Shown here in pieces: positions 24,710 to 35,918 of a stretch of DNA of 64,000 nt. The DNA is from Camelus ferus (taxonomy: Eukaryota), in the NCBI RefSeq assembly GCF_009834535.1, contig NC_045710.1, positions 29,574,001 to 29,638,000 on the forward strand. Reading direction: 5' to 3'. The position numbers and the translations under genes were made by a program. Under the pieces are notes generated by a model. It was not told where the DNA came from and searched no databases. It saw only the letters and a list, made by a program, of their open reading frames with translations. Each line of letters opens with the position of its first letter. Within the stretch, counting starts at the first letter, position 1.

Positions 24710-25280
24710 TCAACTATAAATCTTTCAAATGGCAATGAAACAAAACTAAACTCAATAAACAATAAAAAAAAAAGTTTGAACAAAGTAGGACTTCATTAAC
24801 CCATTAATCTGAGAAGTCCAGAGGTAGGTCTGGCTTCAGGGATAGCTATAATCAGTAACCCTAATAACATCATTAGAACCCAGTGATTCTCCATCTCTTG
24901 GCTCTCTGCCTTCTGGCTCCATTTTTAGGTTCTTCACTATGACCCTAAGCAACTGTAATTCACATCTTCTCACGTTCAAGCACAACACCAAGAGAGCTTG
25001 ACTCTCATCCCACAGTTACAGCAAGTGTCCCATTACATTTTACTGGCTCTAAATAGGACATGAGTCCATCTCAGAAACAATTACTATGACCAAGAACATG
25101 ATGACCTGTTTGAATCCATAACTGCCCCAATGCTGGAGATTCGGGGCAGAGGTGACCCCTACCCAAAGCACATGAACTGAGTTTCAGGGAGAGAGTATTT
25201 CCCCCAGAGAAAGAGTGGAATAAAACTGATTGGACAATGGAGAATGGATGCAAAGTAGCAAAACAACAAAACAAAGCATG
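24710..25280 (-). mobile_element. MLT1K-like ERVL-MaLR LTR
   Basis: CTGAGAAGTCCAGAGGTAGGTCTGGCTTCAGG...CATGAGTCCATCTCAGAAACAATTACTATGACCAAG...GAATGGATGC. Confidence 0.7.
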
Positions 25281-25675
25281 TTTATTCTAGAAAAACCAGC
25301 AATCACAGACAAGCAAGAGACAAACATGAAGAATCCTCCTACTACGACCTTTGCTCTCAGAGCCAACCACCTTCCCGGAGCACATCCTTCCAGATGCCAT
25401 CCTGTTCACAGGCTTCAGTGGTGTGTTTGATGGTTCTCTGCATTCAGAGCCTTTCTCTGTTATTCCCACTCCACCCACACAATGTACTGCTCCATTCTCC
25501 TCATCTATTCCAACTCATACTTCTGTCTCATCCATGCCATGTGCACTGACTGGGAGTGAGAAGAAAAATTATCCCTCATCATTAAGAATTTATGCCAGGA
25601 AAATCAAAACCACAAAGAGGTATCACCTCACACTTATTAGTACAGCTATTATTAGGAAAGCAAAAGATAAGTGTT

Positions 25676-25849
25676 GGGGGGAGGGTACAGCTTGGTGGTA
25701 GAGTGCATGCTTGGCATGCACAAGGCCCTGGGTTCAATTCCCAGTACCTCCGCTAGAAAATAAATACATAAATAAATAACCATCCCCCCCATAAATAAAT
25801 GAGTAAAATTCTACCAAAAATAAATTAAAATAAATGTTCTAAATTTTAA
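25676..25849 (+). mobile_element. Camelid SINE inserted in L1
   Basis: GGGGGGAGGGTACAGCTTGGTGGTAGAGTGCATGCTTGGCATGCACAAGGCCCTGGGTTCAATTCCCAGTACC; TSD AAAAGATAAGTGTT / AAAAGGTAAGTGTT. Confidence 0.92.
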
Positions 25850-26012
25850 AAAAGGTAAGTGTTGGAAAGGAGGTAGAGAAATAGGAACACTTGTGCACCG
25901 TTGGTGGGAATGTAAATTGGCACAGCTACTATGGGAAGCAGTGTGGAGGTTCCTCAAAACATGGAACAGCCACATGATGCAGCGATCCCACATCTGGGTA
26001 AATATCCAAAAG

Positions 26013-26146
26013 NNNNNNNNNNNNNNNNNNNNNNNNNNNNNNNNNNNNNNNNNNNNNNNNNNNNNNNNNNNNNNNNNNNNNNNNNNNNNNNNNNNNNNNN
26101 NNNNNNNNNNNNNNNNNNNNNNNNNNNNNNNNNNNNNNNNNNNNNN
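26013..26146. other. N-run (134 nt) inside L1
   Basis: Directly seen. Confidence 0.98.
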
Positions 26147-26313
26147 AGAGTATTATTCAGCCTTTTAAAAAGAAGGAAGTCGTGCCATTTGGGACAACGT
26201 GGATGAACCTGGAGGACACTGTGCTAAGTGAAGTAAGCGAGACACAGGAAGACAAGTGTTATAAATACTGCATGACCTCACTTGTATGCAGAATCTAAAA
26301 AGAAGAAATAATC

Positions 26314-26653
26314 NNNNNNNNNNNNNNNNNNNNNNNNNNNNNNNNNNNNNNNNNNNNNNNNNNNNNNNNNNNNNNNNNNNNNNNNNNNNNNNNNNNNNNN
26401 NNNNNNNNNNNNNNNNNNNNNNNNNNNNNNNNNNNNNNNNNNNNNNNNNNNNNNNNNNNNNNNNNNNNNNNNNNNNNNNNNNNNNNNNNNNNNNNNNNNN
26501 NNNNNNNNNTGTTCTCACACACACNNNNNNNNNNNNNNNNNNNNNNNNNNNNNNNNNNNNNNNNNNNNNNNNNNNNNNNNNNNNNNNNNNNNNNNNNNNN
26601 NNNNNNNNNNNNNNNNNNNNNNNNNNNNNNNNNNNNNNNNNNNNNNNNNNNNN
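26314..26653. other. Two N-runs (26314-26509, 26525-26653) separated by a 15-nt island
   Basis: Directly seen; the island TGTTCTCACACACAC is L1MA 3'UTR sequence. Confidence 0.98.
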
Positions 26654-26779
26654 GTCATAGTGTTACTACCCTTTGACACCACCCCCTAAAAAGAGATTTT
26701 ATGCTAGAATATTTTCATGATAACTTATTCTGGGCTTCTCAGCTTCAGAGAGACAAAGCGGAATTCCAAAAGACACAGC

Positions 26780-26895
26780 TGGAAAACGTGGGTTCCAAAT
26801 CCAATTCTGACACAACATAGCTGTGTCATCTTTGAAGTTGTCTGACTTCCTCTCTGACACTATTTCTTGTCTGTGAAATAAGGGAGATTAGATTT
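26780..26895 (+). mobile_element. MIR
   Basis: GGGTTCCAAATCCAATTCTGACACAACATAGCTGTGTCATCTTTGAAG...CTGTGAAATAAGGGAG. Confidence 0.7.
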
Positions 26896-27679
26896 GTAGA
26901 CGGCAGGCTTTAACCAGAAACAATGTCAGTGATCAGTGGTTAACTTTTCCAGGGCAGTTTTTTTCCGTTAACAGACGGAAAGGGTATCAAGCAACAAATG
27001 TCTAGCATAAGTTCCTTGAGGGTAGTGCCTAACTCACATTATAAGGATGTGCTCACCCCATGCGCACGGTGGGCATTCAAGAACTTCTTGATAAAGGATT
27101 AGATAATGATGGTAAGTGAAACCAAAGGAAAAAGGGGAAAGAAGAATAATCAAAAAATTACTTCTTGGAGTTCTATATGCCAGCTCCCGGCTCACAGGCG
27201 AGCCTGCTCTGATGCTGGTGGTGAGACCAGGGGCTGGGACTCTGGGGCTGGCACTGCAGCAGACGCCCAAAGAAGCATCCCCCGACTTGCTTGTGCGAGC
27301 TGCCTCCCTCACAGACTGTTACTGAAGCCTGGCAAAGCCTTGGGCTGCAGACAGGCTGCTGGAGAGGAAACAGAAGACTAAACAAGGCCGGACCTTGATT
27401 CCTGCCTGGGACAGAAATGGGAGGGCTGGAAACTCAGGTTTCATCTCCCCGAGCAGCCGGACAGCGTGCCCATTCCTCCCCAGCCCCATCCAGAGCTACA
27501 GATCCAGGGGCCTTCAGTGGGGTCTGTGGTAGTTTTCTTTTTCACCCAGTTTCCTCTAACCTTTCCCACTTCCAACCCGGAAGTGACACCAGTTAGTCAT
27601 TTAACAACCACAAGTCCCTAGCCTGTCCATCTTCCCGGTCACCCCAGCTCCCAAGTGACTTCAAAGCTAATCCAAGCTT

Positions 27680-28510
27680 GGCCGATCTCGGTTTCAGTCA
27701 TTACATCTAACAAGTTGCCAAATTCTGTAGAGTCTTCCTCAGCAAATTTTCCACATCCACTTCCACCCCTGCATCCAGCCTCCCTGGATAAGGCCCTCGT
27801 CATTTCTCCCTTAGGGTATTGCAGTCTCCCTCCCCATCAGCCCTCAGACATACTAGAGCCATAATTATCTTTCTAAAGCACAGACCCGATCATTGTCACT
27901 CACCTGCTACAAAAAAAAATAATAAAACAAAACACTGGAATTTGACACAACATTGTAAAATGACTATAATTCAGTTTAAAAAAGTTAAACAAACAAACAA
28001 ACAAATAAATAGAAAAAGTGGGGGAAAAAAACCCAAAAAACAAAACACTTTAATGGCTCCTAATTTTTTACCCAGTAAAACCCAAACTACTCACCCAGCA
28101 CTCAAAGCCACCCTAGCTGAACTCCAGACTTCTTCAACACCCTTCCAGACAGCCTGTTCTGGAAAGCCACCCTAATAAGGCATCCTTATTATACCACTAT
28201 ACCCTGTGCCCTCCAGACTCCAGGCCCCAGCTTTTGCTTTCCCCTCCACCTGGAAAGTCCATCTACCACCTCACCACTAACTCTACCCCCTCAACTGCCT
28301 TCTCCAAAGCATGCATATTCTCCTTGGTCATTATGCATCTCATTTCCTCATCTTTCTAATCATTTTCCTTTGCAGCACATTTAATCATTTGCATTATACG
28401 TATACTCTTTGCCTGTTTACTTCCCTGCTACACCCGGGGGGAAAGGGATCACGGTATCATGACCTTGTCACACTCCTCTCACCCCTTTATGGTCCTGAAA
28501 GCACGTAGTG
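27680..28510 (+). mobile_element. L2 3' region
   Basis: CAAATTCTGTAGAGTCTTCCTC...ATCTTTCTAAAGCACAGACCCGATCATTGTCACTCACCTGCT...TAATGGCTCC...AAAACCCAAACTACTC. Confidence 0.75.
27937..28036 (+). mobile_element. 100-bp extreme 3' end of a young camelid L1 with tail
   Basis: GGAATTTGACACAACATTGTAAAATGACTATAATTCAGTTTAAAAAA; perfect 13-bp TSD AAAACAAAACACT (27924-27936, 28037-28049). Confidence 0.85.
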
Positions 28511-28544
28511 TCAAAGGATCTAACTCCATTCCAATTAGTTTTCC

Positions 28545-28720
28545 ACATACGCTATCTCATTCAGCCCTCACGATAATTCTACAAAGTGTTATTTTCATTA
28601 TTATCACATCATTCACTTTGCAGAAGGGGATCGGAGGCACGGGGAAGTTCAACATCAAGCCCAAAGACTCGCAGCAACGTGCTGAAGCCAGCCTGTGGGG
28701 CTCATGCTTTTCCGCCCACG
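28545..28720 (-). mobile_element. MIR
   Basis: ATCTCATTCAGCCCTCACGATAATTCTACAAAG...TTTGCAGAAGGGGATCGGAGGCAC. Confidence 0.65.
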
Positions 28721-29969
28721 TCACACCGCAGAGCACAATGCTTTGCAAACGCCCCAGGCCCCCAAAATAGGTGCTACATTAAATTTCTGTCCAAATACCA
28801 CACATACAGTAACAATTATTTAGTTGCTACATATAGGAAGGACAAACTTTACTCAAAGATATTTGATGGTGGCTCTGTTTCCTCTGATCATTGTCCCAGA
28901 TTTTTATTTTTGCTTTCATGTATCCTAGACTTCTACACAAATTTAAAATAGAGAACTAATGAGACATTAGTCTGGGCGATCCCTGTAGAGAACTGGCTGT
29001 GTCTCACTTCCTTCCGGGACCTCTTCCCGCTTCCTCCCCTGACCTAGCTTGTCCAGCTCCAACAATCCAGGCAACCCTGACAGACAAAGATGCAGAGGCC
29101 GGATTAAAAGGAGAAGAGGTCTCACACAGGAGCCACGCAGGGTACCTCAAGCAGATGGCTCAAAGGCCCACCCACAAAGTTCTAGGACAGAGTCTTTCAT
29201 CTCCCCAGGTCCATCTACCTGCTGAACTCAAACATGACACCAGATTTTTTACAAGATGACTGGAAATTAACACAATTCCCTCTTCTGTCACAATTCGCAC
29301 TGAAATGATGGTGCTCTGCACCTGCGGGTGAATGGATATTCTCTGGGAATCCAATAAGCTGACTTTGCTTCCTTCTGTGTGGGAAGCATTTCTATTAAAG
29401 GAGAGAAACAAGCCCCAACAACTTCAAGCACCAAGAAGAATACACAATGAACGGCATTTCTTTCCTGCTGGAACATTAATCAAACAGAGTGGACAAGGAC
29501 AAATAGCCTCACAAGGCAGGGAAGCAAGGGTCTTTGCTGTTTCCTAAATTGTCACATAAATACCTATCCCTGGAGCCTGCAAAGGGGCAGTACTCACAGT
29601 TCCTCTGGGTGCTAATTCCCTTTCTGATGTTGCCAGAGCAACATACATCGGGTGGGGGGAGCCCCAGGTAAAACATTTGAAGGAAATGTTATCACTGCAA
29701 AGACAAGAAAGAAGAGCCTTGGGAACAGGATGACAGCATCTGTTTGTGCAGCCCTTGCTTCAATGAGAGGACTATGATGAGCAGCCCCTGCGAGCAAGGC
29801 TGGGGCTTGTCTCCATTCTACCAACTTGCCAAGCAAGAAAGCTGAGAAACAGAGAAGCGAGAACTATGAGAAACACAGTGTAAGGAAGGACTGGGGAAAG
29901 ATATAAATGACTCTGAATTCCAAGCTAAGGGCATTAAGCTTAATATTATTTAAAATTACTAATAACTGT

Positions 29970-30115
29970 AATAAGATAACTATTTTTATTTCTTTTTACT
30001 GTTCTATGTATTATCTCATTTAATCCTTAAAACAATCCTTAAGGTAAGAATTATACTCTTCTCCACCTTTCAGATAAAGAAACTATGGCTTAGAGGAGTC
30101 TTGTACCACAGCCGA
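29970..30115 (-). mobile_element. MIR
   Basis: TATTATCTCATTTAATCCTTAAAACAATCC...TTTCAGATAAAGAAACTATGGCTTAGAG. Confidence 0.75.
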
Positions 30116-30139
30116 GATCACAGAAGTGACACAAATCAG

Positions 30140-31545
30140 ATCATGCAGGCCACTTAAAGGACACATATGTGGGATCTTTGGAACTGGTTTAATAATGAGG
30201 TGACAGAGTCTTTCAAAAGGGTCAGTCTGACCAGAAAGGGTCATCTGGCTGCTGTGTTGGAAATGGATTGCAGAGAAGCGAGTACAGACACAAGGAGCCC
30301 CATGAGGCTGCTGCAGGAATCCACGCAAGAGATGACGGTGGATCAGTGACAGCAGACGAGTTGGTGAAAAGTGGTCACGTTCTGGACAGAGCTTAAAGAG
30401 AAAGCCAACAGGACTTTCTGACTGTTTAAACATGAGGTGTGAGAGAAAGATAAGAGTCAAGGATAACTCCAAGTTCCTTTTTTATTGGGGGGGGGGGCTT
30501 AAATAATGGAATAATAGATTGCTGTTAACTAAGACGGGGAAGGCTACAGCTATTCTTACAGGTTTGGCAACAACCAGGGGAACAGGAACTCAGTTTTGGA
30601 CAGATTCAGTTTAAGAAGTCAATTAGACATCCAGGTGTAGATGCCAAGTAGACAGATGGATTTAAGAATCTGGAGTATAAAAATCTGAACTGGACATATA
30701 AGCTTTGGGGTCATTGACATATAGATGGTATTTATAGACATGAGACTGGGTGAGATCACCAAGGAAGTAGAAAAAAGTTGAGGATCAAGGACTGAACCCT
30801 AGAACACTCCTATATTATGAGACCTGAGAGACCAAGAGGAACCAGCAAAGGAAGCCAACAAGGAGTGGCCAGGAGGATGGTATACTGAGGCCAAGCAGAG
30901 AAAGAGTGTCAAAGAGCTGGAACGGGATGTGGGCGTCAAATGCTACTAACAGTTCAAGTAAGAGTCAGACTGATAACCAACCAGAGGGTGTAACAACTCG
31001 GAGGTCATGGGTAGTCTTGACAAGAGCCATTTCTATGGAAGAATTTGAGAAAAAGCCCAATTAAGTAGGTTTAAGAAAAATCAGGATGCAAGAAACCAGA
31101 GACAATGAGCATAGGTACCACTTTCTAGGACTTCTGTTGCAGCAGGTGCAGAGAAATGGGGTGACAGCTGGTGGAGAAAGTGGACTCAAAAGAAGATTCC
31201 CTTCTTAGGATGTGAGACAGAATAATGTATTCATACGAGTGATTCAGTAAAGAACACAAAAGTCAGTGACGTAAGAAATAAGTGGAGGGCTGTTGAATCG
31301 GTGCCCTGGAAGAGCAAGAGGAGGATGGGACCTAGTACACAAGTGAAGGAGGTTGATGTGAATGTGAAGGATAGACACTGGCAGGTGAGCAGACTGGAGG
31401 AGCGTCTTTCAGGTGCTTTGATGTCCTCAGTAAAGTAGGATGAATGGTCCCCAGCTTAAAGCAATGTTGAGAGAGGTGCTGGAGGTTTGAGAGGAGAGAG
31501 GGGATCTGAAATAATTGTCATCTGAGGGCAGGGAAGGAGAAGGAG
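30140..31545 (-). mobile_element. L2 (long internal/3' segment)
   Basis: CATCTGGCTGCTGTGTTGGAAATGGATTG...GAGTCAAGGATAACTCCAAG...CAATTAGACATCCAGGTGTAGATG...GACTGGGTGAGATCACCAAGG...AGGACTGAACCCTAGAACACTCC. Confidence 0.85.
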
Positions 31546-32480
31546 TGTATCACTGATCTTCTAGTTCTAACAGTAAGCACCCCAAATCCACATGTAATAC
31601 AATTCCTTCTATTCCAAGTGTGGAAGGAAAGAAAGGCACACATGATTTTGTCAAAAGGGGTGGTTATGCTGGTATAAGATATTTTCCTATGCAGCATCTT
31701 TTTCAGAGACAGGTTTCCACATCAAAGAACAAACTGAACTATTTCCCAGTGAGGAGCTCCATGACTGCCTGCGGGTGGTGTAATGAAAGGACAGGATGTC
31801 AGCCCCTTCTAAAGCCAAATCTCTGATGGCGGGGGCTGGCGGGGGCTGGAGTCAGAAGAGAGTTGGAATTGAGAATGTTAGGTAAAATCATCAGCATATA
31901 AAGCAATTTTTTGTTAAAGTAGAGGTAGCTTAAAAGGCTGGTGTCAGAAAAACACTTGGTTGGAATCTTGGGTTAATGAAAAGCAGTATGGTTAGTAAAC
32001 TCAGGAAACCAGGGACAGAGCGCTGTGATGAGGTCAGGAACAGCAGGACATTGTCTGGGGCTGGAATGGGGATGCTCCACTGACTGAAACAAGCCTAGAC
32101 AAGCAGCAGATTCCTATGGAGAGGAGACCACCCAGTCGATCAGGGCTTGGCTCTATCTTGCCCAGGCCTAAGACTTGACCTTCCCACCATTAAATAGCCT
32201 ACCCATTTCCTCAGTCAGTTCTAAGTGTTCACTGAACCACAACATCAAAGAATTTTCACAGCCTTTTATATATAAGGGCCCAAACAGTATAAGGGGCACC
32301 ATCGGGAGGTATCAAGACACTGGCCCCTTCAGTTCTATTTTGAGAGGTAGTCAGTGTCCTTGGCAAGAGGACTAGGGTGTACAGACCCAGAAGCAGCAAT
32401 GCCATATGGCCCAGAGTGCCTGTAATGCGTTCTTTTCTATCTCTCCAGGAAGGACATATTTTACTCCAATGGTAGGTGGA

Positions 32481-33061
32481 GCAGTTANNNNNNNNNNNNN
32501 NNNNNNNNNNNNNNNNNNNNNNNNNNNNNNNNNNNNNNNNNNNNNNNNNNNNNNNNNNNNNNNNNNNNNNNNNNNNNNNNNNNNNNNNNNNNNNNNNNNN
32601 NNNNNNNNNNNNNNNTGGTTCCTGTGACTCAGAGTCACAAGGCTGTGATGAAGATCAACTCTGGCGGCAGTCATCTCCAGACTCACATGGACGAGGATTC
32701 GCTCCCAGGCTCACATGGCTGTTGGCAGCACTCAGTTCCCTGGAGGCTGTTGGACTGGGGGTTTCAGTGCCCCACTGGCCGTGGTCTGGAGACCTCTTTT
32801 GGCTCCTGGCCACATGGGCGTCCACAGGGCAACTCACAACATGGCAGATGGCTCCATCAGAGAAAGCAGGTGAAAGGGCGAGACGGGACAAGTGAGACAA
32901 AGCCACAGTCTTTTTTGTGACCCAATCTTGGAAGTGATATCCATTCTTTATGTCACACTCTGTTAGAAGCACATCACTAGGTCTAGCCCACACTCATGGC
33001 AGTGATACGAATGCCACCAGGTGGACATCACTGGGGGCCACTTTAGAGGATGCCTACCATA
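32481..33061 (-). mobile_element. MLT1F-like ERVL-MaLR solo LTR containing an N-run (32488-32615)
   Basis: CAGTTCCCTGGAGGCTGTTGGACTG...CCACATGGGCGTCCACAGGGCAACTCACAACATGGCAG...CACTAGGTCTAGCCCACACTCA...TGCCTACCATA. Confidence 0.88.
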
Positions 33062-34499
33062 ACGGTGAACTTGAAAACTAACCAAAGTAGCTGCTAGAAG
33101 TATTCCCTTCAGATTGTTTGCCTCCATTCCCAGCTCTGAGGAGAATGCAGCTCAGAAATGAAGAGAGGCCAGCTATTCACCTTCTAAAACACTGCCTTGC
33201 CTGAGCACAGTGCAGCCCCAGGGGCGCTGTTTTAATTCTTCCAAGGCATACAAGCCTCTAACTGCAGCCTTCTGGCTTCAGGCTCCCGCTCCCCACATTA
33301 CTTATGCTCACAGCTCTCCTCAGCTCGCCTGGGCCCTCAGAATGCAAACTTTTTTTTGAAGCCTTAGTTCATTCCTTGACAGTTGCCACCATATTTCCAC
33401 CTCTGCGGGCCTTTGCCCACTGCTGGGTACACAGTGCAGAGCACCTCGCATCAGGAGGTCTCCCCAGGGAGGCACGTGCCTGACATGGCCTTCTCTTGCA
33501 AAATTCTAACCCATTCTGCTTCCACCAAGAGGAAAATGAAAGGACGGATTAAGTAGGCAAGAGGCACTTCAGAGCATTTTCAAATTTCAGTTTAAACACA
33601 AATCTCCAAGCTTATGTCAAGAGAACTGAAAAGCCAACTTGAAGCAGCGTTTGCCAAAGAAATGAGTCATGAGGAATTTATACCACACCAGAAACCCTCA
33701 CCTCCCTGGTCACTGTTCACGTTTTACACAAGTGCAGCTACACCCCTATCCAGACCTGCTGTGCCTGTGAATCTGCCCCTGGCAAGCAGAGTAAAGGATG
33801 GTGCTGGTGGCCCAAAACCTCTTCAGGACCAACCAGAGGCCTCCCTTCCCAGAGCCGTCTATAGCTTCAAGGAAGATGGAGGTGTGGTGAGTGACTGGTC
33901 TGTGCACTTAGGTGTCACACAAAGCCAGGCTTGAATCCGGGTTCATTTACTTATTCCCAACCCAGGCAACCCAGGGCACATGTCTGAGCCTTCTGTGTTT
34001 AATTCACAACTTTTCTGGATTAAATGATGCAATTCTTGACACAGATCAGAGGCCAAGGAGCTGCCCCCTCCCTCTAAGAGACTTCTGCTGTCCCAGGGTT
34101 CCCAGTGCCTCTGGTTCCCAAGACTCCCCTAATCCTTTCCGCAGTGCACTTCATTTTTCCTCAGTGCTTCCCATGAAGACTCGCCTTTGAAAGGGGCCAT
34201 GCCAGGAAGCCCTCCTGGGAGAAGTCCTTGATAAAAGCAAGCTAGTGAGCTGGTCTGTGCTGTGGCATTCAAGGCTGTGAGGCCTCTCTCAGTTACCCAC
34301 CCAGGGGCTCTCTGCTGTTAAATATAGACACATACCAACAACCTCAAGTCCTCTTCTAGATCTGCTTCCCACCTACAGTCTCTCTAATCTTGCCAATCCC
34401 CAGCCCTGGGGAACCCTAATCATCCATTTTATCCACGCCTGTTCCCAGGCTGTTGAAAATTATAAAAGCCGGCTGACCAGCTCCATTATAAATCTATGT

Positions 34500-35520
34500 T
34501 ATTCCACCTCAGCTGCTCACTAATCCTTTTATTCATCATTAACCGTCTATCCTGCTCCATATGGCAGCAATTTCAATCTATCTGCTCTTCTCTAATCTTC
34601 AAATGCCCCATCCGCTTCTTTCTGCGTCTCCTACTTCACTGAAAAACAACGTTCTCTCCTTCACCTCCCCCTGCCGCCACCTCAAAGTAGCTTCTTCACT
34701 TATTCTGCCCCTCTGGCCTCTCCCCAACTCCTCTCCTGTGCCGACAGTGGTGATCCTTGGGCTTTGGCTCCCATCCTTCAGGCCTCCTGCTAGATTCTGG
34801 GGCATTAATCAGCCCCTTGCCCTCTCTTGCATGTTCACCCCTTCCCTTCATCCCTCAGGGCAAGACTCCTTTTCCATGTGTGCCCACATCAAGTATCTCC
34901 CCTTCCATCCATCAACATCATATGCAGATCGCACTCACTACCCACGGTTCTCCATCACTCATTCGGCTCCTAAGAGAGAGGCTTCCACATCAAATCCTGC
35001 ACTGAAAATGCTTTCTCCAGTATCTTCAATATCTTCCTAAGTGGGAATCCTATGGTCTCATCTCAGTCCTCCCCCTATCTGACCCCTCTGCAACACTGAA
35101 TGTAGCTCTCCTCTCCTTACACTGTTTTGATTCTCTTCTGTGCTCTCTTGTCCTACTTTTCCTACTGCTCCTTCTCCGTCTCCATCCCCCCAGGGCCTTT
35201 CTCCCCCTAGCCCTCAAATGTGGACATCTTAGAGGTCCTCTACTGATCTCTATTCCACGCACACCTCTCTCTGTGAAACTGTGCAACCTACTCCCTTGGG
35301 CCTAACTACTATCACACCACCACGAAATACTCTTAAAACTACCTGACCAGTATTGGCCTCACTTCTGGGTCTCAGTGCCTTCTGAGATTTCCAAATTCCT
35401 ACCAAACACGACCCCAAAAGTTGCCTGCCTTCACTGCCAGCTCACCGATTCTACAACCATTTTAGACCAGAAGTCACTTTCCCCACCAGGCCTCAAATAA
35501 TCTCCTTCCCCGTGTTCCCT
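34500..35520 (+). mobile_element. Diverged L2 segment
   Basis: Pyrimidine-rich; TGGTCTCATCTCAGTCCTCCCCCTATCTGACCCCTCTGCAACACTGAA...CCCTCAAATGTGGACATC. Confidence 0.65.
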
Positions 35521-35747
35521 CCTTCTTCCTTCCCTCCCTTTAATCATTTTCTCTTCTTACCCTGTTTGTACAATTCGTTTCTTCCTCAGTCTACCTGCAC
35601 AGAACTCCAGTTCCCCAAGTGACTGAAAGCCACCCAGTCACCAAGGCTGCTGATTCTTCCCCACGTCGGTTGGCACTGTGTAACTCTGCCACTGAGACTT
35701 TGTTGCTGATGATTCATCCTGAACCTCTCACTTCCCGCAATGATGTA

Positions 35748-35918
35748 CAGTTCTCCCCCCATATCACAGGGGATTGATTTCAGGAGCCCCAGGGGATGCC
35801 CAAAACCACAGATGCTCAAGTCACTTACATAAAATGGAGGAATACAACGAATACAGTCAGCCCTCCACAAGTTTCACATCCACAAGATGCAAAACAGGAG
35901 GATACAGAGGGCCGACTG
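35748..35918 (+). mobile_element. Tigger/MER2-type MITE
   Basis: TA on both sides; termini CAGTTCTCCCCCCATATC / GATACAGAGGGCCGACTG; GATGCTCAAGTCACTTACATAAAATGG as in MER2. Confidence 0.85.

Larger units (their letters stand above)
25590..26653 (+). mobile_element. L1MA-type ORF2 C-terminus and 3'UTR, partly N, interrupted by a SINE
   Basis: AAATCAAAACCACAAAGAGGTATCACCTCACAC...TTGGTGGGAATGTAAATTGGCACAGCTACTATGG...GGATGAACCTGGAGGACACTGTGCTAAGTGAAGTAAGC. Confidence 0.88.

Noticed and set aside
30477-30500. T-run plus G11 inside L2 resembling an isolated SINE tail
   Set aside because: Too short, with no head sequence or TSD to confirm.
34561-35040. 159-aa ORF, the longest N-free ORF
   Set aside because: Lies in a pyrimidine-rich L2 remnant; S/P/L-rich composition, no domain and no splice context.
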